A stretch of DNA of 64,000 nucleotides from Mantamonas sphyraenae STR306 (lineage: Eukaryota > Protista > CRuMs). A model generated the notes under the pieces. The model was not told the DNA's origin and searched no databases. It saw only the letters and a program-made list of their open reading frames with translations. Below are positions 37,624 through 49,399 of this stretch, one piece after another; position 1 is the stretch's first letter; each line of letters begins with the position of its first letter. The stretch spans positions 1-64,000 of the forward strand of contig JAPMXV010000037.1 of NCBI GenBank assembly GCA_026936335.1, read 5' to 3'. A program made the position numbers and the translations under genes.

Positions 37624-40600
37624 TCACCTCAGCAGACTCTTCACTTTCTCCACAAACGACATAATCTGCACCGTCAGGTAGAATGCAGACAGCACCGTGA
37701 TCAAGCATGCCAGGCACACGACGTACTTGTAGATGCGGCGCACCCAATACTTCAACACCAGGTCGATGCGCATTGGATTGATGCACTCGGGCGGTCGGTT
37801 CGGTTCCATCAGCTCTGGATTCTTGTTCGGAAAGTACTGCGCCTCCCCCACCGGGTCCTCGTCCGCCTTTTTCTTTGTCAGAATGTTCATCGAGACCATC
37901 ACGTACCCTCGCGATTCACGCCGGAAGTTGGGGTGCGTCAGCGGCAACTTGACCTTGCTCACCGCAATCTCTCCCGCCGGGTTGTTCAGCACATCCCGAA
38001 AGTGCTTCGCCAAGTTCCACTGCACCTGTCCAATCAGCTCGCTGCTTCGTCCCACATCCGCATCCCACACCTGGATCAGCATTCGTGGTACCTTGCACGG
38101 CAAATCGTGCGTCAGCTTAATCCGATAGTTGAACAGCCCTCCCTCGTCTCGCGACTTGAAGTGCGTGTCCGTTTTGCCCGTTTGCTGGCTTTCCTCCATC
38201 CCACACGTCACAAAGATGTCGCTGCTCTGCGTACGCTGGTCCATCGGCGGCGTGTCGTGCGTTTCCCACACAATCACACGCAGCTCGTACGGCTCCGGCG
38301 GCGGCGGCCCAATCTCCTCCACGGGCACTCCGCTCACATGCTCCACAGGAATGATCTCCACCCACATTTCCAGCTTTCCCTGCGATCGCGACGACAGCGG
38401 AGAAAACAGGTCCCGCTGCTCACGCGGCTTCTTCCGCATGCTTAGCCACTCCTTGTTGAACAGCCGATCTTCAAGGTCAATCACAGTCCCTCCAATCAGG
38501 TCGTTCTTGCTGAATTTGTCGTAATCCCACACATTCACCACGAGCTGCGAGTTGCCCGGGATCTTGCCCAGCAGCCTGTAGCACTTGTTGAATTGCGGAT
38601 TGTTGTCCGTCACCACAAAGTCCTTGTCGTAGATCCGCTCGTCCTCCAGGTCCCGCAGATACAGCTCCATGAACGCGTCGCTCGGCGTCCCGTCTTCATC
38701 CCGTGACACCAGGTTGATCCCTTGGATCACATACACACGCACTTCGTACTCCTGCTCCTTGAACTGCCGCTGCAGCGACGCCGTATCTGCACGCGCCTTC
38801 ACCTCTGTCACTTTCGGGTTGAACAGCTCCAGTTTGCCCTTGAACTGGCCACACACCTGCAGGCTCCCCTTTGGCGCCTTGGCCTTGGACCCACTCAGTC
38901 CACGCGTTTGCCCACGGATCAGCGGATACACAGGGAAAGGCAGCGTCACAAACGTCTTTTCCAGCTCCGTTCCAATCAATGGGTGCTTCTTTGCCGGATC
39001 CTTGCTTGTCAGCCTCGCCTTTTCCAACTCCTTGTCCCGCTTCTCCTTCTCCTTCGCCTCCTTCGCCTCCCTTGCCAGCCGTGCCTTTTCTTCCGCTGCC
39101 TCTGCTGCCGCTGCCGCTGCCTCTTCCTCCGCTTGCTTTTTCGCCCATGGCGTCATCCACCACTTGCTCGACGACCCGTTCGCTCCGTCAACTCCCTCTC
39201 CCGCTGCCGCTGCTGCTGCCGCCGCCTCTGCTGCTGCTTTTGCTGCCTCCTCCCGCATCACCTTTGGCTTCTTCTTCTTTTTGTGCGTAAATTGCGTCAC
39301 GTTTGTCAGCTCTTCCGTGTCGTCCATCGCAAGAAACGCTGCTGCGTTCATCTTTTTCGGCGCCTTGCCCTTTCCCCCGCGCCCAAAGCCCTTGCGCTTG
39401 CCCGACAGCAGGCCAGTCTTTTCGTCTCCGTCTTCAGCGCCTTCCAGCACGCCCACTTCTTCCTCCATCTCCTCCTCATGCCTCCGCTCATCCTCCACCA
39501 CAATCGTCACCGCGTCCCCGTCACCGCCTCCGTTGATGCTCCCATAGCCCGTTCCTCCTAGCACAGGCAGCGCTTGTGGTGGCTGCTGTTGACTCTCTCC
39601 CACCCCCGCGCCGTTGTCCGTTGCCGCCTCCTCTTCGTCTGCCCCAAAGTCGATCACCACCACATTCCCCGTCATGGCTGCCCCGACTCCCGATCCACTG
39701 TCCGATCCTTCGCCGCTCAATAGCTCATCTTGTCTGTCCAGCGCTTCGTTCTGTCCGAAATCCGCCGCAAGCACAGCCATCATGTCGTCCGACATCTCTG
39801 CACGCACAGCCTTGTTCATCGCAGGTTCCTTGCCCTTGCCACTGTCCTCCTCGTCTCCCTGTTCCCCGTCGCCATCCTTTGCACCCATCGCCTCTGCAGA
39901 CGAGCCCTCCCCGGCCTCCACGTTGCGCTGCCCTTCCATGCGGTCCCACGCCGCGCGCTGTTCGCTCAGCAAATCAAACGACACCGTGTCCAGCGTCGTG
40001 TACTTTGGCGGATGTGAAAACGAGTACTCCGGGTTGTCTTCCAGCCGTGGCTTCAGCCACGTGATGAACGGCAACAGCGGCACAGACGTGATGCCCACCA
40101 GCGGCCTGCTGATACCACCAGCGCGGTAGTCGTACACACGCACGCTCAGACACGGCGCAAACAGAGGGTCGTGAGGGATCTTCACAGGTACCTCGTACAC
40201 CTCCAAGAAGTTCGCACTCGGGCCAGATGGCGTGCTGCTCGGCACACTGCGCACCTTTTGCTCGGGCTCCCCACAGTCAAACTCCACAAACGGCTTGCCC
40301 ACCTTGAATCCACGGAACTTGGTCATGTTTCGCACCCCGACGGCGCTCACCACAAGGTCGCACACCGTGTGCTCGGGTTCCAGCGAGTCCGGCGGCCCGG
40401 GGTACCGCGTCAGTTTGTTTGCGTCAATCAGCTGGAAGCTTGCCAGCACCGCCCCTTCCAATGCCTTGGGGTCATGCATAAACAAAGGCCACCACCTCGG
40501 CCTCGCCTCCATCTCGGGCTTCAGGTCGTGCAGCGGCAGAGTGAATCGCCCAATCATGTCGTCCCCGCCGTATCGATCCGCGTCCATCACCTGCACCATC

Positions 40601-43164
40601 AGCACAGGTGCAATCTCCCAGTCCACAGGCAACTCCACATCCACCACCAGCGTTTCGTACCACTGCGGAAACAGGCTTTCACGGATCATTCTTGTGCGCG
40701 CGCTCTGTCCCGCACACCGCATCACGCAGTATGGGTCCGAGAATCCGTTGTCGTCTGCACTCGGCAAGTTATACCCTTGGTAGAAATGCCCACGCAATTG
40801 GTACTTCTTTGTCACAGGGATTTCCAGTTCCGGACGGGGCGACTTCTGTGTCTCGTGGCCTTCCAACCCCATTGTCAACCGGTACAGCATAATCCCCCCA
40901 AACGCCTCACCCGTAAACTTCTTGTGGAACACGTCCGCCTCCAGAATCTGCCACTGCGGCTTGTGCATCCACACTCCGCTCTCCTTCTGCAACAGGTCTT
41001 TCACCTTGAATCGCATGAAGCCCGTGCGCTTGCCCTTCACCAACAACTCCACAAACACGTCCGGCACATGGTCCAGGTTCTCTGCGTCCAGCTGCTGCGA
41101 CACAAGCGGACGCATCTGGTCAAAGAACGCCGCCTTGCCCCCGTCCACTTTCGCGGACACACTCTGCAAGTTCACGCTACCCAGGCTGAGCTGCACCTGC
41201 ACCGAGTCGCCCTCCTCTGCTTTCATCTCGATCACTTCGTACACGTCCAGGTACACCATGTACGACCGGAGCAGCGGGCCGCTCTTGTTCGCGATGTTCT
41301 CACGCAGTACCCGTGGAATGGTCGTCTCCTTCCAGTCGACAGCCAGCAGCACCTGACCACGGTATGCATTGCCCACCACGTCTCCCCGCTGCACCGCATT
41401 TTGCATCTCCCCGCTCGCTCCGTCTGGCGCTCCGTACAGCGGCAGCCACACTGGGCCGTAGCTCCCATTTTGTTGCGCTTTCTTCTTCTTCTTCTTTCGC
41501 TTCTTCTTCAAATTCTTCTGTGCATCTTTCAGCCCTTCGCTTATTCCGGTCAGCGGATTCAGCTTTTGCGCAAGCGTCTTTGGCTTCTCCTTCGCCTTGC
41601 CCTTGTTCTTCTTGGCCTCCCGCTCCTTCCTACGCGCCTCTTTCCGCTCTTCCTTCCGCTCCTTCTTCTTGCGCTTCTCTTCCGCCAAGTCTTCCTTCGA
41701 CAGGCCTCGCTTCTTGGCCAACTCCTTCTTCAACCGCTTCTTTTCCTCCTTCTTCTTCGCCAGCTCCTTCTTGCTCAGCTCTTTCTCTTGGAAGTTTTCC
41801 TTCAGGTACGCCCAATCCAACTCGGTGTAGCTGATAAAGTCGTCGGCGCTCGCCTGCACACATGCGCACCATCACGCTGCTGCGTCAGTCTCGGTCCACC
41901 GCGCATCCACGCTCGCACTCTGCCGACGTAAACTTACAGCATCCCAGTCAAACAGCTCGATGCGCAGCGTGTTCTGGAAGCTGGTGAACCCAATCATGTG
42001 CAAGACCTCGTTGAACACAGGGTCCAATGTCTTTTTGATCACCGACGTGCTCTGCGGCTTGTTGGACTGGAACGACACCTTGAAGTACGGATCACTTTTG
42101 CCGTTCCAGTCCATTTTAGGTAGGTCGATGGCTCTGTAGAAGCGCACGTCCACTTGCCACGTCTTCATCGCTTCTGTTGTCGGCGGCAACATAACCTGTG
42201 CAACCCCCGGGCGCGTGTCAGTTCCCACCATCGTCACTCTGTTGGACCCCCATAACACTTCGCTTCTGCCCACCCTCGCTCGTAGCATACGTCGTTAAGA
42301 TCGTCATCGCCCTCCACATCCTCGTCGTGCACAAAGGCGTCGTCGCCTGGGCCCAGCACGGTCACTGAAACCTTGAGATAGCCCTGAATGCCGTCGTCTT
42401 CGTGCTCCGACTCTGGGTCCGAGTCCGAGTCCTCCTCTTCTTCCGAGTCCGAGTCCGAGTCGTACGTCTGCAGGTGCTTCGGCACCTTGGGCGGCCGCGG
42501 ATCGTACAGGCCCAACCACTTTTTGTAGATCTCGTGGTGTTCACAGTCGTACACATACTGTGTGTCCAACGTATACTCTCCAATCAGCTCGTTCTTGGTC
42601 ACCGTGTTGGCTGAGAGACGTCACGTGCACACACACACACACACACACACGCAACGCCAAGCGTGCGCCATTCCCCCGCCGTGTCAGCGATCCTCCCGTG
42701 CGTGTACTCACCCGCGCTTCACACGGTTCCGCGCCACGATGCACAACGCGCCATCTGTGGCGTCCCGTACACAGCGCGCGAACGGCGCCACACACACACA
42801 CAGCTCCGTATGATGCACGAGCAGCCTCGTGTTGAGTGGTCTTCCTAAGGCCCGGGTGCGGAAATGCTCGGCAGCCCGTCGCAGCTCCACGCACGCCATA
42901 CGCACTCACACGGCACTTACCATCGTACACAGCCAGCTTGATCTTGCCTCGAAAGAACGCTCGCCGGGTCACATTGAGGTCAAAGTAAAGCAGGGTGTCA
43001 AATACAGCCGACGAGCGCTTCTTGATCACCTGGGTGTACTTCTTCTGGTCCAGCACGTCCACACGCACCACCGGGTCCGACGTGCCCGACGAATCCTTAC
43101 CCAGCAGGTCGCGCACCTCGTGAATATACACGCGCACCTGATAGTCGTCTGTCTTTACACTCAT
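37624..43164 (-). CDS. Ferlin (multi-C2-domain, tail-anchored; no DysF domain apparent)
   Basis: Multiple C2 domains (GKDSSGTSDPVV, MDWNGKSDPY, ADDNGFSDPY, VWDYDKFSKNDLIG), GKLEMWVEI, ELRVIVW, NYR and a C-terminal TM. Four exons with canonical introns. Confidence 0.93.
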
Positions 43165-43226
43165 GGCATGCAGCGGGCCCCTGCTTACACACGCGCACCC
43201 GCGCAACCAAACTCCCGACCCCGCCC

Positions 43227-46200
43227 ATGCACGCACATGCGCCCGTGTGCCTTTGCCTGCTCTTGCTCCTGCCCATATTGGGTGGTGTGCATGCGGCTAT
43301 GCTCAAGGGATCCCACCGCTTTGGCGTTCCCGCGCCTCGTGCCTCGTGGGAACGCGTGTACGCCGCCCAGGCCGCCCAGCTCGGCCTGGATGCAGTTGCA
43401 CATTCAAACGACGCCACGAGGACCTCTGCTGCTCCTCACCACACCTACGAGTGGACTGTGGGCAACGGCACCGTGCCCCTGTGTGCCAACGGCAACCTTA
43501 CCGTCGTCAACAGCACCTGTGTCATCCAAGGCACCCACATCCTCACTCCGGCACAGGGTCAAGACACTGCCACCCTCACCTCCCTTGGCTCCATCTATAT
43601 GGCTCCCTCCAGGTGAGTTTCCCTTCCCAGCATGTCTGCCCGCCAACCTCGGCCTGCAAGAAGACATGCACCACCGTTCCACTCGCCCAATCCCACCTCA
43701 CACGCGTTTCGCCGACCCGCCGTCCGCAGCAACATCCTCTGCCCCGTCACAGGCTGCAAGATCAAACTGGACATCCGCTACAACCTCATGCTGGACTTCA
43801 ATAGCTCAATTGCCTCCGCCTACGTGTTTGTCCAGGCCGACAACGTCACCTTGTCCGTCGAGGCACGCATCGACGCCTCGGGACTCGGCGACAACCGTGT
43901 GCCATTGGGCAAAGGCAAGGTCCAAGGTGCAGGCGGTGGCTACGGTGGCTCTGGTGCCGATTGTGGCATCAGCCAGAATGGGGGTGGCGACGACTACGGC
44001 TTCAACTACGTGATGCAGCCCGGACACCCAGGCAGTCCCTCGTATGGAGACACCCTGGGCGGAGGCGTGATCAACATGCAAGTCACCCACAGTTTGTACC
44101 TCTTTGGTGCCATCAGTGCAAACGGCGCCTCCGCAGCGGACCCCACCGACGGCGGCGGCTCCGGCGGCTCCGTGTACGTCATTGCCAATCAGGTCGAGGG
44201 CTCGGGCCAGGTCACGGCCACCGGTGGCTCCGGTTACAGTGGAGGTGGAGGAGGCCGTGTGGCCGTGAAGGTCCTGGGTGCATACACGGCAGGTCTGCCC
44301 ATTGTCATCAGCGGCGGCCAGTCGCAACAATGCAAAACAGCAGGCGGTTCAGGCAGCTTCTACGAACACCATGGCCACCGCCTGGAGTTTGACAACGGAG
44401 TCAACCTGGAGTCGGCCATCACACACATCGACACAAGCTACAACTTCGAGGTTGTGGCCATCACCGACAACAGCAACGTGATGGTCAGCGGCAACGCGCC
44501 GTTGAACCCGTACGACAGCATGTACGTGGTATCCAGCACGGTGGGCAGCGGTCTCAAGAACTTGGTCATTGCCACGCCCACCTTCACTTGCAAGGGCTGC
44601 GTCATTGACGTCGAGTCGCTCAGTCTATTTGCAAACAAAGTTGTTATCGACAACCAGAGCAACGTACAAGCCAGTGGCACCATGCGCATCAATAGCACAG
44701 GTGACTCGCCCACCGTAGCCCTCTCCGGCACCTTCCAGGTGGACGAGCAATCCATCGTGCGAAGCAGCGGCTCCGTGTCCACCACGGGCCTGTCGCTCGT
44801 CACCGACAGCGTGTACATGGAGGCCATGAGCATTGACATCAACCAGGGCACGCAGATTGTGTCCAAAAAGACAAACTGCAGCCTGGTTGAGCAGATGACG
44901 CCCGAATGCTTTGACCTCATTGGTCCTGACGAGTCCTTCACCAAAGGCATGTACGCATTCTTTCTTGCTGCCGACGTGACTGTGCGCCCAGGCAGTTCCA
45001 TTACGGGCAGCAGCGCCATGATATGCGCAGGCACTCTGGAGCTCTCGGGCACCATCACCACAGACTCGCGCGGTTGCGTCGCTGCCCAAGGCACAGGACC
45101 AGGGTCACAGGTTACCGGTGGCGCAGGCAGTGGAGGAGGCCATGGAGGTACAGGAGGCGATTCGTCGTACTCGGGCTACGTGTCCCCTGGTGGCAACGCC
45201 TACGATTTCCTCAGCCGACCGGGCATGAGCGGCAGCGGAGGCGGATCGAACTTGCTCGGAGGCGTGGGTGGAGGCGTGGTGTTTGTGCGCGTCAGCAATA
45301 CCTTCACTCACAACGGACTCATCGACGTGAACGGAGGAGACGGAACGGGCATCGCCGGCCAGGGTGGTGGTGGAGGAGGCTCCGCAGGCAGTATCTTTGT
45401 ACAGACATCGCTGTTGGTGGGCAAGGGCAGCTTTAACGCCAACGGAGGAGCCGGGGGCGACCCTGGAGGAGGCGGAGGCGGAGGAGGCATCATCCACTTT
45501 GACTGGAATGGCCAAGACACACACAAAGCCGCCCTTGGCTACTCTGGCAAGCTGTCGGCCACAGGCGGGTCCGGGAACGGCGATGCGTCCGATGGAACCG
45601 CGGGCAAAGTGACAGCCGTGCCTTGCGAGCTCGGATATGAAGGCGTGTTCTGTAGCCCGTGTGCAGTTGGCTTCTACAAGGACACGCGAGGCAACCAAGA
45701 GTGCACACAGTGCAGCAATGCTCCATCGACGTCCAACTACACCAAGGGGGCGGGCATGGATGCAACGTGTGCGTACGATTGCGATCAAGGCTTTGTGTTT
45801 CCCACATGCCAAACGCCGTACGAGCTGCTGTGGCAATTTCTCGGCGAAATCCCCATCCTTGTTGGGGCGCTTGTGGTGCTGCTGCTCGTGGGCACGCCTG
45901 CCATTGTGCAGCTGCTTAGACGCAACGACGCAACCGCGTGGGGCATGGGCGCGAGCGGGTCCACGCGCGCAAGCAAGGCTGGCTCGATCAATGGAGTGGG
46001 GGTGGGGCGAGGAGTGCGCTCGTCGAGCAGCTTGCGCACGCACTCGTGGGTCCACGAGGAAACATCGTTGCTGGACCGCACGTCGGCCTCCTTGCAGTCG
46101 TATACAAACGACATGGCCAGCGAGCTGAACTTGAACGTGCACGAGATCGACCATCACATCTGCCGTGTGTTTTTCCACGGCGCAAACACACACACGCTGC

Positions 46201-47672
46201 CGTGGAGCCTTTCGGAGAAACCGCCAAGCATGCTGGAGAAGGACATCGACGCCGAGGAGTGGAGTGAATTTGCGTTGTCCTGCAACGAGATGCTCGTATG
46301 GGAGGGACGCGACGTGTTCGTGTTCTATGTGCTGTGGGTGCTGTGCTATCCGCTGAGCCTGCTGTGGCTGGCAGCGGTCAAGGAACGCAAGGCACGGCAG
46401 TTGCGACGCTTTGTGCAGCACGAGTACGACTTTGCCTTTCTGCACTCGCTGCGCGCACGCAACCTACGCTCCTGCCTCAAGATTACGTTTGACTCACGCC
46501 ACACGGTGGCATACCTGGACATCCTACAGTTTGAGGGGTCGCACGTGGAGGGCCATGATGTGACCATGCCCATGGTGTTGCAGTGCTCAGGTACAGGCAC
46601 GTTCGACTATCCGTTCCAGCTGGACTGGCATGACCCGCTCGTGGCCTACCTGGAAAAGTTTATTGGCACACGCACATGGCGACGCTTCCTCAAGGGTCTC
46701 AATGCAAGGCTGCGCACAGTGGAAGCCAGCTACATGCGCGTGACCACGGCTCGCGTCCACAAGTACGTCTCTGCACAGAACGAGGCTGTGTTCCGCGACG
46801 CAGGCATGCGATGCGACCTGGCCGAGTTTCTGCAAGACAGCACGGATGCCACGCGCCTGGGACTCATTGTCAGTGCGCGCCCTCGGCCCAGAATGGACAG
46901 CGAGGGTCCCGTCGAGACCACACTTGCTTCCCCTATTGCCCACGCCATCCTCGGCTCAAACTCGTTCGTGCTGGACCTGCCCCAGGCAGCAGGGTTCAAG
47001 CTGGAGCCGTCGGGCCTGGTGGCGCGCTTCCCCATCCACTACACTCTAGTGGGTCAGACCGGCACATCCCGGCGAGGCGGCATGGGGGCAGCCACGCTTA
47101 TCCGGGAGTTTCAGCGCTGGCTGACTGGCTTGCTGGTGTCCAACCGAGACCCCAGGTTGTATCCCGTGCCAATCGTGCTCCTGCTTGCTGCACTCCTCGT
47201 GGGCGACTTTGCGACCACAGGCGAGAGTCTGTTTGCATTGTGGAAGCTCCAGGAGCGTGTGGGCTTTGTCATGTCGCTGTGCCTGCTGCCGCTGGGCATC
47301 CTCTCGCCCCTGTGGGGCATTGTGGCCTTTGTGTTGCAACCCACCCAGGCTCAAGCGTGGCGTCACTACCTGGCGGTCAACACAATCAGCCTGGTCAACG
47401 CCGTGGTGCTCATCAACTTTAGCGTGACGTACGAACATCGAATCTGGCTGTTCCCGGTCACCCTGTTGGTTCTCAAGCTGATTGCAGGCTATCTTATTTC
47501 CGTGTTTGTTGGCCATCTGGAAGTGCCCGAAACAGACGTGCTCACCACCAACATGGACGATTTCTGGAGTCCCGTGCTGGATGACGACGGTGAAGTCGAG
47601 GATCGTTTCGACGACCGTTCCAGCGTCGGCTCTGGCGGCGACAAGGGCCGTGAGTTTGGCCAATTGCTGTAA
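43227..47672 (+). CDS. Large glycine-rich membrane protein (resembles the plant At5g11700/At4g32920-type family with an ephrin-receptor-like Cys motif)
   Basis: Signal peptide, GGGSGGS/GGGGGR repeats, CELGYEGVFCSPCAVGFYK, a TM, HHICRVFFHGANT..PW and C-terminal TMs. One intron near 43613-43729. Confidence 0.85.
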
Positions 47673-47699
47673 ATGGATACGAGTGTAATGCTTTCCATT

Positions 47700-47732
47700 G
47701 GTTTGTGTTTGTGTTTGTGTTTGTGTTTGTGT
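47700..47732 (+). repeat. (GTTTGT)n microsatellite in a convergent 3' intergenic gap
   Basis: Directly visible. Confidence 0.85.
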
Positions 47733-47760
47733 GGGTGGGTGGGTTTTCCCTTTGCACCGA

Positions 47761-49399
47761 TCACGAGATCGAGGGCAGGCTGGGGATTTCAGAATCAAAG
47801 TGTTGGTCATTGGAGGAGCCTGCACCAGAGGAGGAAGAGGAGGAAGCGGCGGAAGACGAAGAAGTGCCTGCGGCCGTGACGCCTGTTTGCTTGTTGCCGT
47901 AGCGTCCGAGGAGGCCGCGCGAAGAGGAGCCTGTCGTGGCGGCCAGAGAGCGTGTGTCGACGCGGCCTGGCCCCGTGTACCAGGACGATTGGCCCTGCGT
48001 GTCGTCCTTGGACTGTTTGTAGTAAAGCTTGAGAGCCTTCTCGGCAATCTCCACCTTGCGCTCCCAGTTGCGCACCTTTTTCTCCAGCTCGTACTGCTCG
48101 GCGCGCTGCGCCACGTACTCGAGCACTTCGGGCACCTTGTACTCCTCTTGCTGCTGCTTGAGCTGTTTGTTGATAGATTCGGCCTTGTTGCGCTCCGTCG
48201 TCACCTTTTTGATGTCCTCCTGCACGCGTTTGACCGTGTCCCGCCGGATGTGGATTTCCTTGTCCAGCTTGCTCTGCTCGTTTGTCAGCCGGTTCAGCGT
48301 CTTCTTGTGGTTGTTGAGCATGTGCACCGTCTTGCCTGCCTCTTTCTTCAGATCCTGCACCTCTTTTTGCTTCTCTGCGTACTTTTCCTTGTACTGGTCG
48401 TTCTCGATCTTGAGCTGGTCAAAGTCGATGCCCTTCAGCGAGTCGTTCATCTCCTCCTTCTGCATCAGGTGGTTCTGATTCTTCTGGATGGCCTTGCGTA
48501 GCGACAACACACGCATGCGAAACTGTTCCTTGGTGTGGTCCTGCAAGTGTGTGTGTGTGTGTGTCGCCCGCACCAAGGGAAGTGGCGTCAGTTGCGAGGG
48601 CAAACGTGTGTGCGCATGGTACGCCCAGGCACGACGTGCCTACACCTGCGTGGCGTCCTCCACGCCTGTAACAGGCCCACACCTACCTTTGTCTTTTGCT
48701 TGTCCTCAAAAAACTTGATGATACGGTCGCCCGAGAAGCGTTCCGTGCGCGGGTTCCAGGCAGCCTGCACAATCTCGCGCTGAAAGTCCTCCTCATCTTT
48801 GTGCAATTGGGCCAGGCTGGTGGACGCCTCTTCCAGAGATGCCTGTGTGGTGTGTGGCCCACATGTGCGGTGGCGTGTGAGCATTGTGTGTGCGTGGCGT
48901 GCAGAGAGCGAGTGGACGACGCTCGCCTAACGGTCGACCTGTGCATCAGCGGCTCGAGCCGGCTTACCTTGATTGTTTCGATCTCCTCTTGCCGTTTGGA
49001 GATGGTCAGTTCGCGCAGTTCAATCAGCTTGTCACACTCCGAGGTGGCAATCTCGATCTTCTTTTCAGTGGCCAGCAGTTGTTGCTGGCGGACCCCCTTC
49101 TTCTTTCGTCCCCGCCTGCTCTTGTCGTCCTCCATCATCTCTGTGAGTTCGTTGGGAGACAGTCCCTGCAAATACTGCTGCAGCAGCATGTTCTCCTTCA
49201 AGACCCGCTCATTCTCGCTAAACAGCCGATGCAGCTCCTCCTTTGCTGCAGCCGCTCCTGAACTTGCGCGTGACCTGCAAGCATGTGTCAGCATGGGGAG
49301 TGCATGTGTGGGTGGGTGGGTGGGTGTGTGCAATGACAATACGCAACAGGCTAGTGAAGGTGCACGCATGTGTGGCATGTTTGGTGGGTTTACTCACAT
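47761..49399 (-). CDS. CCDC113: Cilia/flagella-associated coiled-coil protein CCDC113 (CFAP263, DUF4201)
   Basis: QKEEMNDSLKGIDFDQLKIEN, YKVPEVLEYV and WERKVEIAE. Four exons; the start codon is split AT|G by intron 49397-49275. Confidence 0.88.
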
